From NCBI GenBank assembly GCA_031987665.1, contig DALZZG010000003.1, positions 45,629-109,628 of the forward strand: 64,000 bases of DNA. Reading direction: 5' to 3'. The notes beneath the pieces are model-generated. The model had not been told where the DNA came from. It made no database searches and saw only the letters and a program-made list of their open reading frames with translations. Shown here in pieces: positions 49,129 to 58,944 of the stretch (position 1 is the stretch's first letter; the number at the start of each line of letters is the position of its first letter). Source of the stretch: Stenotrophomonas sp. (GTDB lineage Bacteria > Pseudomonadota > Gammaproteobacteria > Xanthomonadales > Xanthomonadaceae). The translations under genes were made by a program, and so were the position numbers.

Positions 49129-49976
49129 GGGTTTCTCCGGGAAGCGAAATCGAGGCAGGCGCGCAGCACCTGCTGCAGCGTGTCGCGCAGCGGGGCGGCA
49201 TGGTCGGGGTCGTAGGGCGTGGGCCAGCTGTGTTCGTCCACATCCTGCGGCGCGGGTTCGTGCATGTAGCCCCGGCAGCCCAGCTCCATCTGCAGGGTGT
49301 GCACGCCACCGGCGGTATTGCTGTAATGGCGCGTGATCCAGCCGCCCTTGAAGCGGCCGTTGCGCACATGGCTCATGCCACTGAGCGCGCAGAGGTTCTC
49401 CACCACATCGGTGAGCGCGTTGTCGCAGGACGTGTCCGGCGCACCGCTGGGGCCGGCCGTGCCGATGTTGAACTGCGGCAGCTCACCATCGAACAGATGC
49501 GGGATGAGCGAACGGATCGAATGCGCGTCATACATCACCACGGTGTCGTGCTGCGCGCGCAGGCGCGCGATCTGTGCGGCCAGCGCATCGTGATAGGGGT
49601 CGAACCAGATGGCGCGGCGGCGCTGGATTTCCGCCTCGTCAGGCGCGTGGCCATCGCGGTACAGCGGCTGGTTGTCGAAGGTGGTCAGTGGACACAGACC
49701 GGTGGTGTTCTGGCCGGGGTACAGCGAGGCGCCGGAAGGATCGCGGTTGACGTCGATGACCGAACGCGAGATGGCGGTGCGGACGGTGGTGGCCCCAAGC
49801 GCCTGCGCGAAGGCGTACAGCTCATGCACCCACCAGTCGGCATCGCGCCGCGCCAGCCACGGCGAAACGAAATGGCCCGCCAGTTCATCCGGCAGCTCGG
49901 TGCCGGTATGCGGGAAGCTGACGATCAACGGCGCATCACCTTGGTGGATCTGCAGCCAGTCAGGGGGGGTGTTCAT
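49125..49976 (-). CDS. hutG: N-formylglutamate deformylase
   Basis: 'PHTGT', 'DVNRDP', 'DAHSIRS', '[13 protein letters not shown]'. Confidence 0.95.
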   Translation of the reverse strand: MNTPPDWLQIHQGDAPLIVSFPHTGTELPDELAGHFVSPWLARRDADWWVHELYAFAQALGATTVRTAISRSVIDVNRDPSGASLYPGQNTTGLCPLTTFDNQPLYRDGHAPDEAEIQRRRAIWFDPYHDALAAQIARLRAQHDTVVMYDAHSIRSLIPHLFDGELPQFNIGTAGPSGAPDTSCDNALTDVVENLCALSGMSHVRNGRFKGGWITRHYSNTAGGVHTLQMELGCRGYMHEPAPQDVDEHSWPTPYDPDHAAPLRDTLQQVLRACLDFASRRNP

Positions 49977-50050
49977 GGATGCTCCTGGTGCGTGTGACTT
50001 CTTCGATTTCGTCTTATGCCTGGGACAGGGCGGTGCTTGTGATGCCGTCG

Positions 50051-50095
50051 CTTACCCCGCACGCGGGGGAAGCTGCCCGAAGGGCTGATGGGGGC
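50051..50095. repeat. GC-rich palindromic repeat (CCCGAAGGG type) inside hut operon
   Basis: ccccgcacgcggggg-aagctgcccgaagggctgatggggg; related to 62261-62327. Confidence 0.5.
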
Positions 50096-50131
50096 GCTTG
50101 CGGCAGAGAACCAACCACCACGCCTCTCTAC

Positions 50132-51679
50132 TCAGTAACCTTCAACACCCTCCACCCCCGGCAGCGCCAACCCCAGCCCTTCAAGCAGCGCACCGCTGCG
50201 CACCAGCGCCGTCGCAGCGGCCATGTCCGGGTGGAAGTAGCGGTCGTCCTGCAGCGTGGGCACCTGCGCGCGCAGCACGCCGCGCACCTGTTCCAGCGGC
50301 TGGCTGGAGCGCAGCGGGGCATGGAAGTCGCAGCCCTGGCCGGCAGCCAGCAGTTCGATGCCGATGACGTTGGCGGCGTTCTCTGCCATCGTCAGCAGAC
50401 GGCGCGCGCCGTGCGCGGCCATCGACACATGGTCTTCCTGGTTGGCCGAGGTCGGAATGGAATCCACGCTGGCCGGGTAGGCGCGCTGCTTGTTCTCCGA
50501 CACCAGCGCCGCGGCGGTGACCTGCGGAATCATGAAGCCGGAGTTCAAGCCCGGCTTGGGCGTGAGGAAGGCCGGCAGGCCGGACAGCGCCGGGTCCACC
50601 AGCATCGCGGTGCGGCGCTCGCTGATGGAGCCGATCTCGCATACCGCCATCGCCAGCATGTCGGCGGCGAACGCCACCGGTTCGGCGTGGAAATTACCGC
50701 CGCTCAGTGCTTCGCCGGTATCGGTGAACACCAGCGGATTGTCGGAGACGCCGTTGGCTTCGATCTCCAGCGTCGTGGCGGCCTGGCGCATCACGTCCAG
50801 CGCCGCGCCCATCACCTGCGGCTGGCAGCGCAGGCAGTAGGGGTCCTGCACGCGCACGTCGTTGTCACGGTGCGATTCGCGGATGTCCGAACCCTGCATC
50901 AGTTCGCGCAGCACCGCAGCGGTGGCGATCTGCCCGCGCTGGCCACGGATGCGGTGGATGCGCGGGTCGAACGGCGTATCCGAACCCTTGGCCGCTTCCA
51001 CCGACAAGGCGCCGGTCACCAGCGCCGACTGGAACACCGTCTCGATCTCGAACAGGCCGGCGAGCGCATAGGCCGTGGAATACTGGGTGCCGTTGAGCAG
51101 CGCCAGGCCTTCCTTCGCACCCAGCACCAGTGGCTCCAGGCCGCGCTGCTTCAGCGCCTCCATCGCAGGCAGCTGCACGCCACCGACGAAGGCATCGCCC
51201 ACGCCGATCATCACGCTGGCCATGTGCGAGAGCGGGGCGAGGTCGCCGGAGGCACCCACCGAACCCTGGCACGGAATCAGCGGCACCAGATCGGTCTGCA
51301 GCATGGCTTCCAGCAGCGCCAGCGTCTGCGGGCGGATGCCCGAAGCGCCCTGCGCGAGGCTGGTGAGCTTGAGCGCCATCATCAGCCGCACCACGTTGGC
51401 CGGCATCGGCTCACCGACGCCCGCAGCGTGCGAAAGCACGATGTTGCGCTGCAGGGTTTCGAGGTCTTCGCGGTCGATGCGCACGCTGGCCAGCTTGCCG
51501 AAGCCGGTGTTGATGCCATACACCGGCTCGCCCTTGGCGACAATGGCAGCCACCACATCGGCGCTGCGCTGCACGGCGGCATGCGCGGAGTGGTCCAGCT
51601 TTACGCTGGCGCCACGGTAGACCTGCCGCCACTGCGAGAGGGAAACGTGGCCGGGAAGAAGGGTCAGATACTCGCTCAT
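50132..51679 (-). CDS. hutH: Histidine ammonia-lyase
   Basis: 'YGINTGFG', MIO motif 'GASGDLAPL', 'NQEDHVSM'. Confidence 0.97.
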   Translation of the reverse strand: MSEYLTLLPGHVSLSQWRQVYRGASVKLDHSAHAAVQRSADVVAAIVAKGEPVYGINTGFGKLASVRIDREDLETLQRNIVLSHAAGVGEPMPANVVRLMMALKLTSLAQGASGIRPQTLALLEAMLQTDLVPLIPCQGSVGASGDLAPLSHMASVMIGVGDAFVGGVQLPAMEALKQRGLEPLVLGAKEGLALLNGTQYSTAYALAGLFEIETVFQSALVTGALSVEAAKGSDTPFDPRIHRIRGQRGQIATAAVLRELMQGSDIRESHRDNDVRVQDPYCLRCQPQVMGAALDVMRQAATTLEIEANGVSDNPLVFTDTGEALSGGNFHAEPVAFAADMLAMAVCEIGSISERRTAMLVDPALSGLPAFLTPKPGLNSGFMIPQVTAAALVSENKQRAYPASVDSIPTSANQEDHVSMAAHGARRLLTMAENAANVIGIELLAAGQGCDFHAPLRSSQPLEQVRGVLRAQVPTLQDDRYFHPDMAAATALVRSGALLEGLGLALPGVEGVEGY

Positions 51680-51738
51680 GAAAGCTCCGTAGTGCAGGTA
51701 TTGCGGTATGGCGGGAATGGGGTGGGGTGGGGTGACGA

Positions 51739-52944
51739 TCAGGCCGGTTGGCCGCGCCAGATGCGTGCGTGCAGCGGGTTGAACCCGATGCGGTAGACCA
51801 GATCGGCCGGCGCCTCGATGTCCCAGATGGCAAGGTTGCAGTCCATGCCGGCGGCCAGCCTGCCGATGCGCTCGCTGCGGCCCAGCGCGCGTGCCGCTTC
51901 GCGGGTGAAGCCGGCGATGCATTCGTCCACGGTCAAGCGGAACAGGGTCGCGCCCATGTTCATGGCCAACAGCGGGCTGGTCAGTGGCGAGGTGCCGGGA
52001 TTGCTGTCGGTGGCCAGCGCCAGCGGTACGCCTGCATCGCGCAGCTGCTGGATCGGCGGCAGCACGGTTTCGCGGGTGAAGTAGTACGCGCCTGGCAGAA
52101 GCACGGCGACGGTGCCTGCTTCGCGCATGGCGGCGATGCCGGCGGCGTCGAGGTGTTCGATATGGTCGGCGGACAGCGCGCCGTGGCGTGCTGCCAGCTC
52201 GGCACCGTGCTGGTTGGACAGCTGCTCGGCGTGGATCTTGATCGCCAGCCCATGCTGCTTCGCCGCCTCGAACACCTGCTGCGCCTGTGCAGGGCTGAAG
52301 GCGATGTTCTCGCAGAACACGTCCACCGCTTCGGCCAGCCCTTCGGCGGCGATGGCGGGAATCATCACCGCGCACACTTCATTGATGTAGGCCTGCGCCT
52401 CGTGTCCCGGCGGCACCGCGTGGGCGCCAAGGAAGGTCGGTACGATCTCGACCTTGCGCAGCTGCCCGAGTTCGCGCGCCACACGCAGTTGCTTGCGCTC
52501 GTCGCCGAGCGCGAGGCCGTAGCCGGATTTGATCTCCAGCGTGGTCACACCTTCGGCCAGCATGGCATCGAGGCGGGGCAGGGTGGCGCGGATCAGGGCG
52601 GCGTCATCGGCCTCGCGCGTGGCGCGTACGGTGGAAACGATGCCACCGCCGGCGCGGGCGATGTCGGCATAGCTGACGCCCTCAAGCCGCTGCTGGAACT
52701 CGTTGGCGCGGTTGCCGGCGTAGACCAGATGGGTATGGCAGTCGATCAGGCCGGGGCTGATCCAGCGGCCCTCGCAGTCGATGCGCTCGGCGGCCTCGAA
52801 ACGGGGAGCGGTGGCGGCCGGGCCGACATGCACGATGCGCCCATCAGCGGCGGCGATCACGCCATCAGGGATCAGCCCGAGACCGCCTGAGGCATCATCC
52901 AGGGTCATCAGGTTGGCGTTCTGCCAGAGCGTATCGCAGCGCAT
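51739..52944 (-). CDS. hutI: Imidazolonepropionase
   Basis: 'DCHTH', 'EIKSGYG', 'DVFCE', 'HAEQL'; start could be GTG 52950. Confidence 0.96.
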   Translation of the reverse strand: MRCDTLWQNANLMTLDDASGGLGLIPDGVIAAADGRIVHVGPAATAPRFEAAERIDCEGRWISPGLIDCHTHLVYAGNRANEFQQRLEGVSYADIARAGGGIVSTVRATREADDAALIRATLPRLDAMLAEGVTTLEIKSGYGLALGDERKQLRVARELGQLRKVEIVPTFLGAHAVPPGHEAQAYINEVCAVMIPAIAAEGLAEAVDVFCENIAFSPAQAQQVFEAAKQHGLAIKIHAEQLSNQHGAELAARHGALSADHIEHLDAAGIAAMREAGTVAVLLPGAYYFTRETVLPPIQQLRDAGVPLALATDSNPGTSPLTSPLLAMNMGATLFRLTVDECIAGFTREAARALGRSERIGRLAAGMDCNLAIWDIEAPADLVYRIGFNPLHARIWRGQPA

Positions 52945-52964
52945 GGACACTCATCCCGGTAATT

Positions 52965-52976
52965 TTGTATATACAA
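52965..52976. promoter_or_regulatory. HutC operator
   Basis: TTGTATATACAA matches the TGTA-N2-TACA HutC consensus; lies between divergent hutI and hutF. Confidence 0.88.
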
Positions 52977-53002
52977 TAACGACCGAAAACGGAGAGTGTC
53001 CA

Positions 53003-54376
53003 GTGACGCCGAACATCGCCGCCAATCCGATCCGCTTCCATGTCCGTCAGGCCCTGCTGCCGGGCGGTTGGGCGCGGGATGTGTGCATCGATTGCAGCGG
53101 TGGACGCATCACGGCCATCGAGGCCGAAGCCTCCAGCGATGGCTGCACCCAGCAGCTGGGCACCGTGGTGCCGGGGCTGGGCAACCTGCACAGCCATGCC
53201 TTCCAGCGGGCGATGGCTGGCTTGACCGAGGTAGGCGGGCGTTCGGGCGACAGCTTCTGGAGCTGGCGTGAGCTGATGTACCGCTTTCTTGACCGCATTC
53301 AGCCAGAGGACCTACAGGCCATCGCGGCTCAGGCCTACATGGAAATGCTGGAGAGCGGCTCGACCCGCGTCGGCGAGTTCCATTATCTGCACCACGCGCC
53401 CGATGGCAGTCCCTATGCGGATCGCGCCGAAATGGCTGCGCGCATCGCTGCGGCGTCGGCGCAGACCGGGCTGGGGCTGACCCTGCTGCCGGTGTTCTAC
53501 GCACACAGTGACTTCGGCGGCGCTGCGCCTACGCAGGGGCAGCGGCGTTTCCTGCATGACATCGACGCCTTTGCCGACCTGCTTGAGGCCAGCCGCAAGG
53601 CGTTGGCGCCGTTGCCAGACGCCATGCTCGGTCTGGCCCCGCACAGCCTGCGTGCCTGCACGCCGGAGGAGTTGCAGGCGCTGGTGGCGATGGCGCCGGG
53701 TCCCATCCACATCCATATCGCCGAACAGACCCGCGAGGTCGATGCCTGCGTGGCGTGGAGCGGTCAGCGACCGGTGGAATGGTTGTACGCGAACAACCCC
53801 GTCGATGCGCGTTGGTGCCTGGTGCACGCAACGCATGTCAACGCCAAGGAAGTCGCGCTGATGGCCGGCAGCGGCGCGGTGGTCGGCCTGTGCCCGATCA
53901 CCGAGGCCAATCTGGGCGACGGCCTGTTCCCCATGCGCGAATTCGTACAGGCCGGCGGGCGTTTTGGCGTGGGCTCCGATTCCAATGTGCTGATCGACGC
54001 GGCCGAAGAACTGCGCCTGCTCGAATACGGCCAGCGGTTGGCCCTGCGTGGCCGCAATGTGCTGTCGCCGGATGCGCTTTCCAGTGGTCGTTGGCTGTAC
54101 CAGCAGGCGGGCGAGGGGGCCGCGCAGGTTCTCGGCGTGCCGGCAGGATTGGCCATCGGTGCAGCGGCGGATCTGGTCGAACTGGACCTGAAACACCCCT
54201 CGCTGCATGGCCGCGACGGCGATGCCTTGCTTGACAGTTGGCTGTTCGCCGCACGTAATGGCGCGGTCCGCAGCGTCTGGCGAGACGGGCGCGAACTGGT
54301 CAGCGATGGTCGTCATTTCGATCGTGAGGCGATCAGCGCACGCTACCGCGCCGCCCTCAGCCGGATTCTGGCCTGA
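53003..54376 (+). CDS. hutF: Formimidoylglutamate deiminase
   Basis: 'NLHSHAFQRAMAG', 'EFHYLHH', 'APHSLRA', 'GSDS'. Confidence 0.95.
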   Translation: MTPNIAANPIRFHVRQALLPGGWARDVCIDCSGGRITAIEAEASSDGCTQQLGTVVPGLGNLHSHAFQRAMAGLTEVGGRSGDSFWSWRELMYRFLDRIQPEDLQAIAAQAYMEMLESGSTRVGEFHYLHHAPDGSPYADRAEMAARIAAASAQTGLGLTLLPVFYAHSDFGGAAPTQGQRRFLHDIDAFADLLEASRKALAPLPDAMLGLAPHSLRACTPEELQALVAMAPGPIHIHIAEQTREVDACVAWSGQRPVEWLYANNPVDARWCLVHATHVNAKEVALMAGSGAVVGLCPITEANLGDGLFPMREFVQAGGRFGVGSDSNVLIDAAEELRLLEYGQRLALRGRNVLSPDALSSGRWLYQQAGEGAAQVLGVPAGLAIGAAADLVELDLKHPSLHGRDGDALLDSWLFAARNGAVRSVWRDGRELVSDGRHFDREAISARYRAALSRILA

Positions 54377-54407
54377 GCGCACGACGCCGCCTTTTCAGGA
54401 ACCACGA

Positions 54408-55136
54408 GTGAAGAGCAAGAAGGCTCCCACCCTCAACCAGCGCATCCGCAGCGATCTCGAAAGCCGCATCCTCAGCGGCGAGTGGCAGCCGGGTTACCGC
54501 ATCCCGTTCGAGCATGAGCTGATGGAGCAGTACCGCTGCTCGCGCATGACCGTGAACAAGGTGCTGACCACCCTGGCCGAGAGCGGCATGATCGAGCGCC
54601 GCCGCCGCGCGGGTTCGTTCGTGGCGCGCCAGCCTCCCCATCTGGAACAGGTGGCGCTGGAAATTCCCGACATCGCGGTGGCGGTCGCCAACCGGGGGCA
54701 TCACTACGCATTCGAGCTGCTGGAACTCGAGCACCGGCGCGCGCGCGCCAACGTGCCTGAGGAGGTGCAACTGGTCGGCAACGGCTATCTGCTGGCGATG
54801 CGCTGCCTGCACCTCGCCGATGGCAAGCCGCTGGCGCTGGAGCGCCGCCTGATCAATCCGGATGCCGTGCCGGAAACGCTGGACGTGGATTTCAGCGTCC
54901 ATCCGCCCGGCAGTTGGCTGCTGCAGAACGTGTCATGGACACGCGGCGAGCACCGCATCAGCGCGGTGGCTGCCAACGAGGCCGAGGCCACGCTGTTGAA
55001 GGTGCCCGTGGGCACCGCCTGTCTGGTCATCGACCGCCAGACCTGGCGCGGCGAGCAGCCCATCACCTGGGTGCGCCAGAAATTCCTGGGCGACGCCTAC
55101 GACCTCATCGCCCGTTTCGCCCCCGGCAACCGCTGA
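54408..55136 (+). CDS. hutC: Histidine utilisation repressor (GntR/UTRA)
   Basis: 'PFEHELM...SRMTVNK' HTH plus UTRA domain; hut context. Confidence 0.93.
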   Translation: MKSKKAPTLNQRIRSDLESRILSGEWQPGYRIPFEHELMEQYRCSRMTVNKVLTTLAESGMIERRRRAGSFVARQPPHLEQVALEIPDIAVAVANRGHHYAFELLELEHRRARANVPEEVQLVGNGYLLAMRCLHLADGKPLALERRLINPDAVPETLDVDFSVHPPGSWLLQNVSWTRGEHRISAVAANEAEATLLKVPVGTACLVIDRQTWRGEQPITWVRQKFLGDAYDLIARFAPGNR

Positions 55137-55165
55137 GCCGCGCCTCCACCGCAACAACCGCACTT

Positions 55166-55828
55166 GTAGCCCGGATAAGCGAAGCGCATCCGGGAAGCAC
55201 GCGGTCGATCAGCAGGCTGAAACTCCTTCGACAGGCATCACCCGCAACGCCAGCCTCATCGTGCGCACACGGAAAAGCCCCGGGTGCGCGTGCGCTTACC
55301 CGGGCTACGAAGCTACGAAGCTGAGCTGCAGTAGCCCGGACCTGTAGCCCGGATAAGCGAAGCGCATCCGGGAAGCACGCGGTCGGTCAGCAGACGGAAA
55401 CTCCTTCGACAGGCATCACCCGCAATGCCAGCCTCATCGCGCGCAGACGGAGAAGCCCCGGGTGCGCTCGCGCTTACCCGGGCTACAGGAGCTGAGCCGC
55501 AAGAACCCGCACTTGTAGCCCGGATAAGCGAAGCGCATCCGGGAGGCACGCAGGCGGACAGCAGACGGAAACTCCTCCGACAGGCATCACCCGCAACACC
55601 AGCTTCTTCGCACGCGGAAGGAAAAAGCCCCGGGTGCGCGTGCGCTTACCCGGGCTACGGAGCCGAGCCGCAATTACCTGCACTTGTAGCCCGGATAAGC
55701 GAAGCGCATCCGGGAAGCACGCAGTCGGTCAGCAGACGGGAGCTTCTTCGACAGGCATCACCCGCAGCGCCAGCTTTTTTGGCACGCGGGAGGAAAAGCC
55801 CCGGGTGCGCTTTGCTTACCCGGGCTAC
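55166..55828. repeat. Tandem REP-doublet array, 4 units, period 171-178 bp
   Basis: Forward REPs at 55166, 55344, 55515 and 55686; reverse REPs end at 55308, 55486, 55658 and 55828; conserved core CGACAGGCATCACCCGCA. Confidence 0.93.
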
Positions 55829-55881
55829 AGGAACTACAGGATCCCTACGCGATCAAGCCGCCACGCAGGGCGGCCCACCCC

Positions 55882-56886
55882 TCAATACGTCTGGCACTGC
55901 CGCCAGCGCACCGGCTCATCGACACCGGGGCGCGGGTTGAGCTGTACGCGGGTGGTGCGCAGCGCGGGGAAGTGTTCCAGTTCGCTGCAGATCAGCGGCC
56001 AGATGGTGGCGTCGTCACCACTGCGCTCCACCGAGAGCGTGGAGCGCGTCAGCCAGATGCCACTGACCACGCCCGGCGTGCGTGCCAGCGCCTTGGAAAC
56101 AGTCTGCTGATAGCGCAGCAGGGTTTCCGGGTCCGGATCCTGGATCAGATCGGCGGCGTCGGTGGAAGCCTTGCTCGCCGGTGTGCCAGCAGCGCTCTGC
56201 TGTGGTGCGGCAGTGGCGCTGCCAGCAGGCTTGCCAGCAACGGACGCGGCAGGCGGCGCTGCAATGCCCGTGTTCGCATCCGCAGAATCACCGTGCATGG
56301 TCATGTAACCCATGCCCACCAGCAGGCCCAGCGCGATGGCGGCCAGGCCGGCGATGCTGCTGTGGCGCACGGCCTCGCGGCGGGCGATGCCGGTCACCGT
56401 ATCGCGCACCTGGGTGGGCACATACGGCTTGAGCGTGTCCCACAGGTTGCGGCCGTCGATTACTTCGATGGACTGCTTGCCGGCTTCGGCCAACCCGTCG
56501 CGGTCCACCTGACCCTCGGTCATGAGCAGGCCGCCGACAGCACCGGTCAGGCGCATCGCGCTGGCCAGTTCGTTCACGGCGGTGGCATCGAGGCGGTAGG
56601 CACGGCCATGTTTGCAGGACACCAGCCAGCGTTCGCCGTCACGCTGCAGCAGGAAGTCGCTGCTGGTGCCACGGTCGCTGTCCTCGCTGTCGGTGAGCGG
56701 CTGCAGCCCGCGCTGTTCGGCCATGGCCTGCCGCACGATCTGCGAAAACTCGCGCCAGCGCATCCCGGCCAGAGCCGCAAGGCCATGATGTATCTCGGTT
56801 TTCCTGCGTTTGACAAACCACAGCCACGCGGCCGCAAGCCCCCAGACCAGCAGGGCGAACACGAGGGCCAGAATCCAGGAAAACAT
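55882..56886 (-). CDS. Membrane protein with Mrr-like restriction endonuclease domain
   Basis: TM, then 'MRWREFS...SDF...LVSCK...IEVIDG', second TM, Ala/Pro linker, small C-terminal domain. Confidence 0.75.
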   Translation of the reverse strand: MFSWILALVFALLVWGLAAAWLWFVKRRKTEIHHGLAALAGMRWREFSQIVRQAMAEQRGLQPLTDSEDSDRGTSSDFLLQRDGERWLVSCKHGRAYRLDATAVNELASAMRLTGAVGGLLMTEGQVDRDGLAEAGKQSIEVIDGRNLWDTLKPYVPTQVRDTVTGIARREAVRHSSIAGLAAIALGLLVGMGYMTMHGDSADANTGIAAPPAASVAGKPAGSATAAPQQSAAGTPASKASTDAADLIQDPDPETLLRYQQTVSKALARTPGVVSGIWLTRSTLSVERSGDDATIWPLICSELEHFPALRTTRVQLNPRPGVDEPVRWRQCQTY

Positions 56887-56991
56887 CAGAGAAATACCCG
56901 AGCGAAGTACAGAGTCAGGCAGGTATTTTATCTATGTTCCGGCGGGCTGGTGGCTGCCACTGGCGGTAATCCGCGTCGTAGCCGTCTCCGT

Positions 56992-57798
56992 TCAGCCTGC
57001 GCTGGCGAGCCCGGGCCAGTAGTGGCTGTCCGGGACGGCGCGGGCGCCGAAGATCGCCTGGCCCACCCGCACCACGCTGGCGCCTTCCTCGATGGCGATC
57101 TCGAAATCACCGGACATGCCCATCGATAGCTCCTCCAGCGCGATGCCATCCGGCGCCTGTTGGCGCAGCTGGTCGCGCAGTTCGCGCAGGCGCACGAAAC
57201 AGGCACGCACGCGCTCGGCCTCTGCCGAAAACAGGGCCAGCGTCATCAGCCCGCGCACGCGCAGCGCGCTGAACTGCGGCAAGGCCTGGAGGAAACCGGC
57301 CACCTGGTCGGGCGGCAGGCCGAACTTGCTGTCCTCGCCGGAGGTGTTCACCTGCACGAACACGTCCAGGCTGCGGCCTTCCACCTGCAGGCGGCGGTCC
57401 AGGGTCTCGGCGAGACGCAGGCTGTCCAGCGCCTGGAACTCAGCGGCGAAGCGCGCCACCAGTTTGGCCTTGTTGGTCTGCAGGTGGCCGATCACCGACC
57501 ACTGCAGATCCGTCAGGTCCTGCATCGCCTCCGACTTGTGGTGGGCCTCCTGCACCTTGTTCTCGCCCAGCAGACGGCAGCCGGCTTGGTAGGCCATGCG
57601 GATATGGGCTTCGTCGATGGTCTTGCTGACCGGCAGCAGCCGCACCTGCGAGGGCTCGCGCCCGGAGCGGGCACAGGCGGCATCAATGCGGGCGTGGATC
57701 GCCGCGAGGTTATGGGCGAAATCCTCCACGCTGTCGGCACGCTGGTAGCGGCCGTGCTGGTCGTGGCGGGTGGGGGTGTCCTGCGGTTGCGCGGTCAT
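56992..57798 (-). CDS. yggS: YggS family PLP-binding protein
   Basis: 'PVSKT', 'GENKVQE', 'IGHLQTNK', 'SMGMSGD'. Confidence 0.93.
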   Translation of the reverse strand: MTAQPQDTPTRHDQHGRYQRADSVEDFAHNLAAIHARIDAACARSGREPSQVRLLPVSKTIDEAHIRMAYQAGCRLLGENKVQEAHHKSEAMQDLTDLQWSVIGHLQTNKAKLVARFAAEFQALDSLRLAETLDRRLQVEGRSLDVFVQVNTSGEDSKFGLPPDQVAGFLQALPQFSALRVRGLMTLALFSAEAERVRACFVRLRELRDQLRQQAPDGIALEELSMGMSGDFEIAIEEGASVVRVGQAIFGARAVPDSHYWPGLASAG

Positions 57799-57883
57799 GG
57801 CGGCTCTGGTGGCGGGGTGCTGGAGCCGCCATTGTCGGCCGGTCCGGCAGCCTCGGCCAGCGCATCGCCGAAGCGCGGACATG

Positions 57884-57945
57884 AAAAACCCGCCATCCGG
57901 AGCCGTGAGGGGAGGGAGACTTACGGCGCGGTACTGCTGGCGGGT
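57884..57945 (-). ncRNA. Candidate small RNA or terminated leader
   Basis: TTGCAA-17-GAAGAT promoter-like motif; ACCCGCCA/TGGCGGGT closing stem, inner stem with CTCCCTCCC loop, T-tract. Confidence 0.5.
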
Positions 57946-57982
57946 GAGTTCATCTTCGCGCTATTCATGCTGCTTTGCAACA

Positions 57983-58468
57983 TCAATCCGCCTGGGGTGG
58001 ATCCTGCGGACTGTGTGCGGCTGCATCGGCATGCGCGGCGCGGCTTTCGGCGCGGGTGAGGCGGCGGTTGATGGCATCCAGACGCTCGTTCAGCGCCTCG
58101 ATGTCCGAGCGGCTGGGGATGTCCATGCGCCGCAGCACGCGGTGCACGCCATCCTCGAAGTTCTTCTCCACCCGGTCCCAGGTGCCGGCGGCACGGTCAC
58201 GGGCGCTACCCAGGGTGTTCTCCACCGAATCACGCAGGCTCTCGCCGCGTGAGGAACTCTCGCGGCTGCGTTCCTCGGCAGCCTCGCCTTCGCGTACCAG
58301 CGAGTCGAAGAAGCGGCTGCCTTCGCTCTGGGCACGGGAGAGGGCACCCAGACCGGCCAGCCAGACCTGCTGGGCCGATTCGGTCATGCGCCGGCCCAGC
58401 CGCTCGGCCTGTTCCTGCAGCCGGGGGCCATCGGTTTCATGGTCGGGACGATGTTCATACGCGCTCAT
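57983..58468 (-). CDS. Phasin family (PhaF/PhaI-like) protein
   Basis: 'QVWLAGLGAL...FFDSLVREGE...IPSRSDIEAL'. Confidence 0.9.
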   Translation of the reverse strand: MSAYEHRPDHETDGPRLQEQAERLGRRMTESAQQVWLAGLGALSRAQSEGSRFFDSLVREGEAAEERSRESSSRGESLRDSVENTLGSARDRAAGTWDRVEKNFEDGVHRVLRRMDIPSRSDIEALNERLDAINRRLTRAESRAAHADAAAHSPQDPPQAD

Positions 58469-58549
58469 GGCCTTGCTCCTGTGCGTTCATGAAAGTCTCT
58501 GACAGCCACCGTAGCCGGTTTCGTGCGTCTCCGGTGTGACGGCGCGGGT

Positions 58550-58825
58550 TCAGCCCAGCTTCTCGGTCAGCACCCGTTGAATTTCGGATTCCACCATGCC
58601 CTTCATGGCCGACAGCAGGAAACCCAGCTCAGCCTTGACCTGCACCGCACCTGGCAGCAGTTCGATGGCACCTTCCACGCCGGAACGGGCAAAGTGCAGC
58701 ACCGGGCCGTCCCAGCGGGTGGTCACGTCGAAGCGGTCCTGCAGCTTCTGCGCGACTTCGCTGATGGCGATACGGGCCTTGTCATCGGACAGGGAGTGGA
58801 CATGGTGGATGTCAATCATGGACAT
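58550..58825 (-). CDS. Polyhydroxyalkanoic acid system family protein
   Basis: 'IDIHHVHSL...WDG..LHFARSGVEG...LGFLL'. Confidence 0.85.
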   Translation of the reverse strand: MSMIDIHHVHSLSDDKARIAISEVAQKLQDRFDVTTRWDGPVLHFARSGVEGAIELLPGAVQVKAELGFLLSAMKGMVESEIQRVLTEKLG

Positions 58826-58944
58826 GGTGCGTTCCTGCGGTACGGCGTCGGATGGTAAGAGCGGCATTGTGCGCAGCTGGCGGCGTCAGTCCAAGTCCCG
58901 CGGCACCTTCCTGAGCGACGGGCCGACCTGCTAGGCTGCGGCCG

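Noticed and set aside
50132..52375. 747-aa extended HutH
   Set aside because: The extension overlaps hutI in another frame and is Arg-rich nonsense; a GGAG RBS precedes the ATG at 51679
55166..55828. REP arrays (also 7860-8290 and 31813-32207) as CRISPR arrays
   Set aside because: Repeats alternate in orientation, linkers are homologous rather than unique, and there are no cas genes
55425..55940. Repeat-spanning ORFs (also 31695-32198, 7844-8233)
   Set aside because: Translations of REP units ('VARISEAHPG', 'ALTRAT'); no independent coding evidence
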